Of a DNA stretch of 45,150 nt, positions 22,921-34,528 are shown one piece after another (within the stretch, counting starts at the first letter, position 1; each line of letters begins with the position of its first letter). A program made the position numbers and the translations under genes. Origin of the DNA: Basidiobolus ranarum (taxonomy: Eukaryota); assembly GCA_040143965.1 (NCBI GenBank), contig JASJQH010000027.1:1-45150 (forward strand). Direction: 5' to 3'. Under the pieces are notes generated by a model. That model saw only the letters and a program-made list of their open reading frames with translations. It was not told the origin of the DNA and searched no databases.

Positions 22921-25900
22921 ATGGAGCCTTCTTTTTGTTCTATTGAGGAAAGCCTCCCACAGTATGGTAAATTAGTGTATTTGGATTTAATTCTTATCTA
23001 TTTTGTTCTTGATCTAACTTAATCTCTCCAAAGAGACTTCACCATCTCCTGCAGAACAGTTGTCCGCCATTGAACCTCTCGTAAATTCAGCACTTCAGAT
23101 TGGTGAGACACGGTATCTCATCGACTTGAAGTGGTATGATGAATGGCACCGATTTGCTACCCTTGATTCTGCGAGTTCACCTGGTCCCATTGACAATTCT
23201 TCTCTTTTTAAAGACAATTCCTTTCTTGTATTAAGGGATTGGTTAAGCATTGATATTGATGTCATCCCTGTTCCCGAAGAGGCTTGGGAGAAATTAGTAC
23301 TTTGGTAAGAATCTACTATCTCTTTGCTTTACTTCTGATGTTTCTCTTATAGTTCGAAATATCCACTATTAAGGTTGATACTTTCATTGACCTGATATCT
23401 CTCTCATAACAAGACGCACTATAAATACTTACGACCTTTATATTCAGGTATGGTTCACTTACACCTGAAATTTCCCGTCCTGTTATTAAAGGTTCTGCAC
23501 AGGATGCCATCGTAGAAGTTTACCCTTGGGAAGTCCGTCTAGTACGTATTCTACCACCGAATTCATCTGGCGTTGGGAAGGAGTCTCCCAAATTACAAAT
23601 CAGTAAAGGAAGTACTATATCTGATTTACGGAACAAAGTGATTGATGTGTTGGATATTGGAAAAGAATTGAAAGTTTGGAAATTTGGGGAAGATGTGTTG
23701 GAGACTGAATTCGTTACTGCGGATCAATTGGAATACGCCCAATTAATTGGGGATGAGTTCGATGGTAAAACTATACAGGAATTCGGACTTCACTTGTATG
23801 ATTCTATCGGTGTTGAGGTTCAAAACGATGGGATATGGCCTACGGATTCGGTCATAGAATCCGAAGTTAGCTCACCAAGTAACGCCTTCTCTATATCTCC
23901 TTCATATGCACCCAAAACCACAACTCTTGGTGTCACTGGGCTGTCCAATTTGGGTAACACTTGCTTCATGAACTCTGCTCTCCAATGTTTGAGCAACACC
24001 CAAGAGCTCAAGGAATACTTCATTTCGGGATTGTATAAGCGTGAACTGAACAGAACAAACCCACTAGGTATGAATGGTGAAGTGGCCAAGGCTTTTGGTA
24101 GTTTGATTGAGAAGTTGTGGAGTGGACAGAGTAGCTCCATCACTCCTAGAGATTTCAAGCTGACAATAGGTCAGTTCGCCCCCTCTTTTATGGGATATCA
24201 ACAACACGACTCGCAGGAGTTTATCGCATTTCTGTTGGATGGTTTACATGAGGATCTGAATCGAATCTATGACAAGCCATTTATCGAGAAGAAGGATTCA
24301 GACGGTCGACCAGATGCCTTGATCGCTGAGGAGCATTGGAAAATCCACAAGGCGCGTAATGATAGTATCATTGTAGATATGTTCCATGGCCAATATAAAA
24401 GTACATTGATTTGCCCAGAATGTAACAAGATCTCCGTCACTTTCGATCCATTTATGTACTTGACTCTTCCTATTCCAATCTCTAAAGAGTTAAAGCTAGA
24501 AGTCCATTTTATCCCTCTCGATTCGTCCAAGTGTCCTGTCAAACTCAATCTAACCATGCCACACGAGAGCACCCATAAAACTATGAAGGAAAAGATCGGT
24601 TCAATAGTAAATGTTCCTTCGGGAAATTTGGTTTCTTGTGAGATTTACACTTCTCGCATCTACAAAGTCTTTGAGAATTCGGAGAAGTTAAATGAAATAG
24701 GTGCAAGTGACACGATCTATGTTTATGAGCTTCCGGCCTCTTTCCCACCTGATCGTAACTCGGGATACGTGATTTTACCGGTATTGAATGCTTATTCAAT
24801 CTCAGAGTCAGATAATTCTTTCCTTCATTCTCGTAGTATCTCGGATTTCTTCGGATTTCCACTTATCGTGACCTTGTCGGAAAGTCAGATCTCAGTGAAT
24901 GGTTTAGAGGAGGCAGTGTTGGACCAGTTAAATAGGTACACTACAGTTGACTTGAAAAACTTAGATCCGTCCAAATTTCATTCACCTAAACTCGAAGATC
25001 TTATCAATAATGTCGAAATGAATGATCTTGAGAGCGATGAAGAAGTTATAGCTGGAGAAGAGGATTCAGTACCACAAGAAGAGTCTGCTCCTGAGGTATC
25101 TGTCGAGGAGTCTAAACCAAAGGACACTAAATTATTCAACATGAAGATAAGCAGCCAAATCTCTCCTCTTGGTATTCCTGACAACTTCACCATGAGTGAC
25201 TTGATTAGCTTAAGTCAAAGAAAACAGGAGGTGGATGAAGCCAAGAACGACAATCATTACGTGCCTCTCCTTGGTTTTGGTGACACAATCATCTGTGAAT
25301 GGGATCGTGAAGTTGCTGGGTATGCATTCAATGATAACCGAGATGCCATGGATACGGACGATATTGGTCATGGATTGTGGGATGTGTTTGAATCGTACCA
25401 AGACTTCGTCGAAGAAGCCCCTTCGAAAAAGGAGATTACTCTTGATGATTGTTTAGATGAATTCATTAAGGAGGAACAGCTAGGTGAAGATGATCTATGG
25501 TATTGCCCTAACTGTAAGAAACACCAACAAGCTTTGAAGAAATTTGATCTGTGGCGTTTGCCTGACTTCCTAGTGGTTCATTTGAAGCGGTTTTCACATA
25601 CACGTAGCTGGCGTAACAAAATTGATGCCCTGGTAGATTTTCCGATCAGTGGCCTTGACCTCTCGTCTCGAGTGTTAAGTGAGCACATTGGGGAAGATGG
25701 TTTGGTGTATGACCTATACGCTATTTCAAATCACTATGGTGGTCTGGGTGGAGGTCATTATACTGCCTATGGTTATAATCATGAGCAGTGGTATCATTAT
25801 GACGATTCCATAGTCGACCCAGTAGACGAAGACTCCGTTAAAACCACCGCTGCCTATCTACTCTTCTACAAGCGTAGGAATGCCAAACTTCATCTTCCTG

Positions 25901-26049
25901 AATTGGGACACACGTCCTCTCCCAACATTGAAACGGAGCAGCTATCAATGGAACACATATCTTCTGATCCCAACGTTAAAATGGTGGATAGTGATGAGGA
26001 GTTGGATAGATTCATGTCAGATAATAGATCAAGCCCAGACTTCATGTAA
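22921..26049 (+). CDS. UBP12: Ubiquitin C-terminal hydrolase (USP4/11/15, Ubp12-like) with DUSP domain, 3 exons
   Basis: DUSP YLIDLKWY..PGPIDNS; Cys box GLSNLGNTCFMNSALQCL; QQHDSQEF; His box YDLYAISNHYGGLGGGHYTA. Introns ~22967-23033 and ~23306-23447. Confidence 0.93.
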
Positions 26050-26258
26050 GCCCAAGTGGCTTTTAAAAGATTTTGACCAAGTTTTGTCCTCCTAACACTA
26101 ATAAACCTCAATGAGACTGATTGATTGATGAAATTCATTTATTGTTGTAAAAAGTATTAAAAGCGCGGATTACTGTATATGTTCTAGTATAATTGTAGTG
26201 CAAATGAAGTCATAATCAATGCTCGTGGTAAGAGAAACCCATCACCTATACAAACAAC

Positions 26259-26714
26259 CTAATATGTAGCTTCTTCTGCAGCTATCGTACCCAGGCAACA
26301 GCATTCAGCACACTGAATTGCGCCACAACAAGCCAGAGTATAGCATGGACAACACAGTGGATTCTGGAAGGCTCCACGACAGCACCAGTAAGTCATTGCA
26401 AAGACGATGATAATGAAAAGGGCAATGGCAATACCAATAACGATCCAGTGATATCCATGCTGAGTAAAGCTATTTTGACGCTTTAATAGATGGCTGTGAT
26501 TTTGCTCTGAGACCTCCAGCCCACTCGCACCCAAGAACAAGAAGATCAAAAGTAAAGTACTAAAGGTTCCAGCAATTAGCTTGTTCTTGTGTCCGTGAAA
26601 TAGCTTCCATCCACTGTTGGATTTGTGCTTACACGAGGGGGCGAAGTTCATATTTATTTTGGTGGCATCTGGAAGTATGGCGGGCTTGTAAAGGACTCCA
26701 GAATTCATATCCAT
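26259..26714 (-). CDS. Small membrane protein with Cys-rich C-terminal tail, unknown function
   Basis: Hydrophobic segment, LLKR|Q dibasic site, TM helix WIVIGIAIALFIIIVFAMTYW, then CCRG..NPLCCPCYTLACCGAIQCAECCCLG. TATA-like box upstream (~26768). Confidence 0.75.
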   Translation of the reverse strand: MDMNSGVLYKPAILPDATKINMNFAPSCKHKSNSGWKLFHGHKNKLIAGTFSTLLLIFLFLGASGLEVSEQNHSHLLKRQNSFTQHGYHWIVIGIAIALFIIIVFAMTYWCCRGAFQNPLCCPCYTLACCGAIQCAECCCLGTIAAEEATY

Positions 26715-27803
26715 GGTGTCTTGTATTTGATGGTGAGGATGTTAGATAAACACAGATAACCAACACTATTTATATCCAAACGCTTTTATTGTGCATTTAC
26801 AGCATGCTTTTACAGCAAAATAGATAATGTCTATCTCCTGATTCTGCAAATCCTAGTCCAGTGACCTAAAAGAAGGAGGGGAAAGTGTTTATCAAAGTAG
26901 CATCTTCCAATCTAACTCGATAAGTCAAGCGAGTGATGCTGTAAATACATGAAGGTATGGACGATCGCAGCAACAGTCATTGTATTGTCTTTAAGGGCTG
27001 TTCGATGTATTATCATAAAGATAATAGGTGAAAATCATGACTTCTCTGCTTCTAAAAGTGTTTCTTGCATGATAATTGTCCTTTGATCGAGCTGGAAACA
27101 ATTAAACTAGTGTTCTCTCCTGAATTGTATATATTCTATTATTAATCTTTATATAATAATTAAGGATGTTCGTTTTTCTGAACCACTTGCAGGGTAAGGT
27201 GGGTGGATATTTAATGACTAGGGTTAGGTGTCAATGATCATTATCAACCTTGATTATTTTTACTTTTGATTTCAAACACCGATCTTATAGTTATTTTAGT
27301 ACAACTGATGTGCGAGACAAATAGAATTTTGATCGACAACTGTTTCCAGTTTGATAAGGTTTAGTGAGAATCATCTGTGCACATCAGATCCAACACCGAT
27401 CGATATTTCTGACATATATCGGTGAATATTTTATATATCCATCATGCCACCATGTTGCCAGATTCGAGGATCGCTGAAAATCATCTCGATGGCCTCTTCC
27501 GTCTTACAAGCGTTCATGTTTATGGAGTCAGGATAAGTAGACTTGTTCCATTGTATAGTGATGGTAATAAGAATCATGATTCAAATCTGCTTCACTTGGT
27601 TTACTTTTGCTTTATTGCCATCTTATCACTCTCCTGTCATTCTCACCCTCACCCTCTGCCACTACGGCATCATCGACCTTTTACCCTCAGAATCGGCAAG
27701 GAATATCAGAGACATTAGAGCTCAGAAACTAGGGGTAGTCATGACAGTAATGGTAATAGCAATACATGGAAACCCTGATCGCTACTAGTCACTTTGATTA
27801 GGC

Positions 27804-28605
27804 TGATGTCATGTATACATAATGAACCACAAAAGTTACTCAACACACAAACAAATCATGATGTAATGTGAGAAGCAAGGTTCTCATGATATCATCTCAA
27901 GGTGTAGCTGACCCTGAATAAACCAACATCCGTGCAGCTAAGGATGTAGAAGAAAATGGTTGTGAATCCAATTTTCAATAGTCCAACTTTTGTCTCACTT
28001 GACGATGCAACTTCCTACTACTTCCTCCACACTAGCTATATATCCAAATATAACTGACCTATTCCTTTTCGGTAATTTCAATATGCATCATGACATCACA
28101 CCATGATGTCAGCATCTATATATATAAAGTGACGTAAGGATATTGCCTTTTGTGGATAGAATATTCACTAGAAGTATGGGGCGGATGTACTAGATTTTTT
28201 GAAGTCAAGATAGCATTCCAGAAAGGAGAAGTGGGGTATAATGAGAAAGGGTATTCTCACGGGTATTTACCATCCTCACCCAAGGACTCGTTGTATGCGT
28301 ACCTTAGAGAGATGGTGTGCTGTTGGCACTTCTGTGCAACGGAGAATTCGTCCATGTAAGGTGGAAAGGTGAATATTCTTCTTTTCAAATTAGATTCATT
28401 ATTGTATTGGTCTATCTTATCAGTAGAGTCTGCATTTCTAGGCATAATTAGTGAAGATTAGTAGTTGTTATGTTTAGCATTCGCTATGTGTACACCAATC
28501 CAATACCACCTAGTTTCATACCTCATCAAATCATTTGTGTATTATAACAGAAGACAGGCTAACTTCATTGGATCTAATCATAGCTATGACGACATAATTA
28601 TGTCA
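27804..28605. promoter_or_regulatory. Cluster of CRE/ATF-like sites
   Basis: TGATGTCA 27804, TGATGTAA 27859, TGATATCA 27887, TGACATCA 28091, TGATGTCA 28104, TGACGTAA 28130, TTATGTCA 28598. Confidence 0.45.
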
Positions 28606-29749
28606 TATGGAACGAACTTTGTATGTGATTAGAAGCAATTTAAAGTGTAAGTGGTTTTGTAATAGGAGCTGAAATTCATGGTTCGTATCATCTCTTCTTC
28701 GATCAAACCAAGGGAGTTTTCGAAAGGAGATTGGGATAATTGGTACTTGGCTACTATAGGATAGAGTGCTCTCCACTTTCATGCCAGTGTTATTGACCCA
28801 AGCTGCAGAGCTTTGTCACCTATGCCCTTCTTATAGTAGAATATACTTCGCGATTTAGGTATATATCTCCTCAATGTGGTTTGGATGATTCTATTCCAAT
28901 CTGGTGATGCGAGTTTACCGATGGTATCGGCAATGAGATTTATATCCTAATGTATTACATACTTTTCTGGTTAATTCTCCCCGGGTAGAAATACTATCAC
29001 TTCTACCGCCCGGAGAATTTCGTATCTTCTCGAGGTAGAAGAGTGTTTGGTAAACTGAGAATAATTATCTTAGTGATATTTCAGTCTACCTAGTATGTAG
29101 GCAGTGTAACAGTTGTTACCAGTTGTCTACTGCATCAATATTCATATGATTTATAATAAGCCACATCCTCATTAACAAGATGGTAGAGAGTAAAGTCCAA
29201 TAGGACACTTTCATCAGTTTCATCCTTCACTAAAGTAGACTTCTATTGATTACTTGCTCATTTTTACGGAGAATAAGGTCCAAGCAGATCCGGACTTCCT
29301 CCCCAATAGTCTACCACCGAAGATCAGATCTCTACCAATGGAGGTAGTGCCACAGGGTAGATACATTGAAAGATAAGATCTTTTTTGTCTGTCTAACCGT
29401 GACTATTTAGTATTTCAAAGAACCTCCCCCTGATGGCCAGGAAAGGAAGGTAAGGTGAATAGGTAATATAGTTACTAATTGCTTGAATTGTGAACCACGT
29501 TCACAATATATAAAGAGTGCCTCCCCATCTAGTTTTTCCAACAATCACCAGCTGATTTCTCTACAAATCTCGTTTGAATATATTTCCTTTCTCATCCTTA
29601 CTTATTGCTCCTTATTTCTCTGACTCTAAATTGTAACAGTCAGCTTGAAGTTAACTCCGCTTGATTCAGACCGTTGTATTGATCGTCAAACCTAACACGT
29701 TAAGATTGTATTTACCCGATACACTCGATATCCATATTCCGCTACCAAA

Positions 29750-30865
29750 ATGACCACTACATTACCATACGTCAAGAATGAGAATTCTGAGTATCAACTC
29801 CCATATGTAAACAGCTTCATTCAATCACGGAACCCTTTCAGTTCACAAGGCCCATCGACCACCGACTTTTCCTTTAGTGTGTCAACAGTAGAAGTTTCCC
29901 CAGAAGCGCCATCCAATGTAGCTTCAGTGCCCGATCTCTCAATTATAGCACCTAAACAAAACTTAGAAATGGAGCCCAATCCATTTGAACAAAGTTTCTG
30001 GGCTTCCTCAGGTCCATCAAGTACCAACAATATCACAGCCAGCTCGGAGATGAAAGGTTTATTACCTCCCGTTTCTTCAATCGAAAATCCTACGCAATCG
30101 TACACTTCCTCAAGTCAAGACTGGAATCAAACTTTGAGAACAGGCCCTTTATCACCATCTATGCTATTCGGACCTCAACCAAATGTGAACAAAAGTATCA
30201 TGAATTCACAGCCTTTATCAATGGGCCCTAGTTTCTTAGAGAGCTTACCCGCGCAACCCAACCCTACTGGAGCCTCGACCTATTATCGTCGTTCTTCTAT
30301 TGAATCATCTCGCCCTGTGGTTACAGGATGGGCCGAACCTTTAGGGATTGATAGTAAGAGTATCCCAGGAGCTAACAAACGCAAGAGTAGTGACAGTAGT
30401 CGTTCGGATTGGAGTGGTGATAGTGATATGTCACGTCGAAATAGCATAGATGATACAGATAATAAGAAAATGAAATCCGATATGACACCCGAAGAAAAGC
30501 GTAAACTCTTTTTAGAGCGAAACCGCAAAGCAGCATTGAAATGTCGTCAACGTAAAAAGCAATGGTTAACTAACCTTCAGTCGAAGGTTGAGTACCTCGC
30601 TCAAGAAAATGAAACCCTAGAGAGTCAGGCTACTTCACTTAGGGAGGAAATTATCAACTTGAAAACACTGCTCTTGGCCCATAAAGATTGTCCAATAGCT
30701 CAGGCTAATGGTGTCATAGGACTTGACAATCTTGCCTCCACCCTCAATACTTCTGCTATGGGCCAAGCTATGCCAACTCAGGGACAAGAGATGGCTAGAT
30801 TCCCTGTATCCGTAGAATCATCCAATTCCATCGGGGTAGCACCCAATACGATCATCCGATTCTAA
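29750..30865 (+). CDS. ATF1: ATF/CREB bZIP transcription factor (Atf1/AtfA-like), intronless
   Basis: Aft1 OSA motif EPNPFEQSF, HRA-like LRTGPLSPSMLFGP, bZIP EEKRKLFLERNRKAALKCRQRKKQWL...LKTLLLAHKDC. TATATAAA at ~29506. Confidence 0.92.
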   Translation: MTTTLPYVKNENSEYQLPYVNSFIQSRNPFSSQGPSTTDFSFSVSTVEVSPEAPSNVASVPDLSIIAPKQNLEMEPNPFEQSFWASSGPSSTNNITASSEMKGLLPPVSSIENPTQSYTSSSQDWNQTLRTGPLSPSMLFGPQPNVNKSIMNSQPLSMGPSFLESLPAQPNPTGASTYYRRSSIESSRPVVTGWAEPLGIDSKSIPGANKRKSSDSSRSDWSGDSDMSRRNSIDDTDNKKMKSDMTPEEKRKLFLERNRKAALKCRQRKKQWLTNLQSKVEYLAQENETLESQATSLREEIINLKTLLLAHKDCPIAQANGVIGLDNLASTLNTSAMGQAMPTQGQEMARFPVSVESSNSIGVAPNTIIRF

Positions 30866-31085
30866 ATCGGCACCCTTCATCATGTAGATATATTTTCACT
30901 TGGATCGATTCTTCTGGAAATCGCGGTACTATTTAGTCTGAGGATCAGCAGATGAGTCATAGTTTCCTCTCCTTGCCTTTCTGTAATTTGCTTTGTTCCC
31001 GTGAATATTTGGCTCAATCTAGAGTCTTCATACTATTTTATCTTCAAGTCTCATTAATTGTACACATCATTTTTCCCAAGAAGCT

Positions 31086-31211
31086 TATGTTTATTAGAGT
31101 AAAGATTGTTATCAAACAAATTTAAATCCCTCCTAAACTAGATCTATTGGTATGTTAATTAGAGTAAAGATTGTTAACAAATTGAAATCCCTCCTAAACT
31201 AGATCTATTGG
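31086..31211. repeat. Imperfect tandem duplication, ~62-bp unit x2
   Basis: ATTAGAGTAAAGATTGTTA...AAATCCCTCCTAAACTAGATCTATTGG occurs twice in the ATF1/DODA convergent 3' region. Confidence 0.9.
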
Positions 31212-31506
31212 ATCGGTCTCGATTAATCGGGATTCTAAATATTTCCTTTACTTTCGATGCTCTTTCCTTGTTCTTGCATTGCGGCATATCCACATGGACT
31301 CGGTCCATTTTTAGCCGTTGACTCGTGATATTCTTTCGATAACAGTTAGACTACTGCGATGACTAGAAAGGGAATGGCCGATTTGTGGATTACTTTTTAT
31401 TAGCACATGTGATGCTTTGATACGAAGGAATCGTGAGGCATTAGATAGATGTAGGGCAAAGGGCAATGTGTGGTAAATGTATGTGGCGTGAATGCAATCT
31501 ATGAAG

Positions 31507-32725
31507 TTACCAACCAAAAGCAAACGCACTCCATGTAATTGTAGAATATGGCATCGCATCAATCACTCGTACACCCTTATCTTCACCAGCAGCACCTGCT
31601 ACTACATGGATGGGTATCAGATGTTCAATACTGGGATGTGCGTCTCTTAGGATCGGATGAATGTTTAAGGAACACAAGGCTTTTTCACGTTTAGCTCCCT
31701 AGAGTGAGATATGTATTAAATCATAGAACTTGGTTAGAGAGTTATGTTTGATTAGAAATTACTTGGAGATTGCAACACATGTCCTCTAGATCCTTATCAA
31801 ATTGCACTACAAAGTGGGGTGAGTTACTACCGATGTACCGTCCAAGATCTCTCAAATTATGAACGGCTGAACCAGAGCCAATCAGAAGCACTCCCTCATC
31901 CCTATATTTCAAGAAATTAATTGCGTTGAAAACTCCCTATTTACAATGCTTTCTATATTACCTTAGGGAGGCTAGTGCCTGTCCAACTTTGACGTGTTCC
32001 TCCATGGAACCTTTAGCCTTCAAAGACACTTGAATAATTGGGAAAGTTGGGTTTGGAAACATTTTGGTGAATGGAACCTAATAAATAAAGTGACTAGGTT
32101 AGAGAAGTTGGAGGAAAATACCCACAGAAATTTATGGCTTTTACCCAAACACCATGGTCAAGACCTCGCTTCTTCTCTTCAGTTACTTCTATTCCCCCCT
32201 ATATCATTCAAAGAAAACCTCAGTCAGTAAGAAAATACTTTCCTAATATGTATTTGAGAAAGTTACCTTCTTGAGTAATTCTTCAACCCTTTGACTAATT
32301 TTCGAGTCACCTTTACTATCGTAAGTTACTTGATAATAATGTTTGGGGAAACCGTAAAAGTCATAAACGAGGGAGTTAATGGGTGAGTTTTGAACTAAGA
32401 AAAAAATCCAATTAAGTATTTGTGCTAGTAATATCAAGTTGAAATAACGGTAAGAACCATACCGGAAATGTGGTTGTAGGTTTCCCAATGAGCACTAAAG
32501 ATTACTACAGCTTTCGGTTGTAGTTTGCTCAACTTAGTTCCAAGTTTCTCCAAATCTCTAGAAGGTTTGGTATCTTCGAATACGAGGTTAGGCCCTACAT
32601 ATTACCCAGATTAATATGAAACGTACTTCTTCAAAGTAAAATTTACCACTACACTTACCTCCATGCGATATGTAAACAACGGGAAGTCTTTTCTTCTCAA
32701 CAGTGTTCAAACCTGTAGTAGTCAT
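31507..32725 (-). CDS. LigB-family extradiol ring-cleavage dioxygenase (4,5-DOPA dioxygenase-like), multi-exon
   Basis: LPVVYISHGG|GP, FSAHWE, YDFYGFP, RGLDHGVFV, GSGSAVHNLR, AHPSIEHLIP. An in-frame upstream ATG lies at 32779. Confidence 0.9.
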
Positions 32726-33263
32726 AGTTCGTCGTAAAGAATATCCAAGTGATGTGAAGTAGTTTTTGAGCGAATACATATCAATGCCCACGTTGATGAG
32801 CTTTTATCTGCTTTAATGACAAAGATATGGAGAAGCAAACCTCTCGTTATGGTAAATTCATCCGCTGAATAAATGTTAGTGAATATTTATCCGACACGGA
32901 GATAGATTTAGTCAACAACTAACTGACTAATGTTAATTTTATCCGTCTAGAGGCACAATGCTGGGATTAGCATTTTGCCGGTCGGTTGGTTGTCTTCATT
33001 TTTAATGGTAATGATGGAATTGGCTATCGTAACAAATATTTGGTAACTGATCGGATAATGCAAGAGTTACTATTATTATTCAGCGATAAATGATGCAATT
33101 ATATAGAGTGCTATTAAATTTCCAAAGTGATTTCCATGACAGCAAATGATTAATAGCAGTAATAGTCATAATCTTAGTAAATTGGGAATTTTATTAAAGG
33201 TTAATGAGTACATATTGAGGGACTATCTATAAGTTCAGAGAGATTGAAGACAGTATTGAAAAT

Positions 33264-33797
33264 TTAAATCATTTGAAGTGCGATACATCCTGCAATAACC
33301 AAGGAAGACATACTAGCTACAGTTGTTATCGAAGCGCCAGATTTGTTGTCGTTCTTGGTTGACTCTGCCTGGGTGCTGTTGGTATTGGATGTGCCTGTGT
33401 TGTTGTTATCAGAACCACCTGTTTGTTTTCCATCAGACGATGCGATCTCAAAGAAAGCACTATAATACACATCGCCAGCTACACCTACACGAATGGCGTA
33501 ATCTTTGGCAGGTGCTTGAGTAGCAGGAATCTCCCACTGATACTGACCAGAAGCAGAATCGACATCCTTTTGAATGACAGAGACCAAGGCAAGCGATGTT
33601 TGTTTACCCTGCATAAGAGCAATATCAAACTTGCCAGACATGGCAGGGGTTTCTCCATTATCTATCCAGGTGATAATGTTCTTGGTACCAGCCTTCCAAA
33701 CACTTTGTACGGGAGCAGTGATAGCTGGCTTGGCACTCACATAGCTGAGAGTGGAAGCAAGGAGAATTGATACGGTGGTAAGGCTAGGAAGATACAT
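33264..33797 (-). CDS. Kre9/Knh1-like N-terminal domain, Ser/Thr-rich GPI-anchored protein (copy 1)
   Basis: Signal peptide, ITAP..WKAG...ITW, SGQYQWEIP...YAIRVG...YSAFFEI, Ser/Thr/Asn linker, hydrophobic GPI signal. Confidence 0.9.
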   Translation of the reverse strand: MYLPSLTTVSILLASTLSYVSAKPAITAPVQSVWKAGTKNIITWIDNGETPAMSGKFDIALMQGKQTSLALVSVIQKDVDSASGQYQWEIPATQAPAKDYAIRVGVAGDVYYSAFFEIASSDGKQTGGSDNNNTGTSNTNSTQAESTKNDNKSGASITTVASMSSLVIAGCIALQMI

Positions 33798-34047
33798 GAT
33801 TTGCGTCGTATTAGAGGAGATCGAGATGAAAAGATACGGAAGTACCCATCTAAAGTTGGATTTATATACAGATTCAAGCTCAAATGAAAAAGAGAAAATC
33901 TTCTTTGATTACCTCATCTGCATAGAACCTTGTGGCGGACAATGTTCATTCTAGTCTAAATTAGGCTACTGACAGTGAACGTTCAGTAACTCAGCAACAT
34001 TGGATTGTTGATGCAAACGTCATATCCCCAACGCATCAGTTATTTGC

Positions 34048-34127
34048 GTAACTAGATGATTAGGTAGTAAAACTGGCGATCTGTTCAGTAACTAGATGAT
34101 TAGGTAGTAAAACTGGCGATCTGTTCA
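34048..34127. repeat. Perfect tandem duplication, 40 bp x2
   Basis: GTAACTAGATGATTAGGTAGTAAAACTGGCGATCTGTTCA at 34048 and 34088. Confidence 0.95.
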
Positions 34128-34359
34128 CTCCGTCTAATGAGTTCAAGAAAAGGAGACAACACAGTATTTCTACAGGCAGTGAGTGAAAAACTGGATAATT
34201 TTAGTAGTCAATGTAGTGGATTTATTAGCGTGTACAAAGCATCTAGATACCGAGATTGCATACGAGTATCGATTTAGTAATATTGGTTGGCGTACATGCT
34301 CAAATAAAATCACGCTTTCTGTTTATCACCATCGGGATTTGTCAAATAGATGTTCCCAT

Positions 34360-34472
34360 GATTGTTATTCTTGGAAGTTTATTATATGAGATTGTTATTC
34401 TTGGAAGTGTTGATACAGTTTTATTATATGTTATTCTTGGAAGTGTTGATACAATTTTATTATATGTTATTC
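34360..34472. repeat. Minisatellite, 30-36-bp unit x3
   Basis: TGTTATTCTTGGAAGT at 34363, 34393 and 34429; partial at 34465. Confidence 0.9.
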
Positions 34473-34528
34473 AATGCTCCCTTCTTACTGCAAAAATTGA
34501 AGGGTATTGTCGACAAATTGGAAATTAA

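Noticed and set aside
27422-28445. Several 60-98-aa ORFs in the long intergenic region
   Set aside because: Mostly non-ATG starts, overlapping frames and no recognisable domain; likely chance ORFs.
31507-32725. Betalain pigment pathway or biosynthetic cluster around the DODA-like gene
   Set aside because: It carries the generic HNLR motif of non-betalain LigB proteins, and there is no tyrosinase/P450 or other cluster gene nearby.
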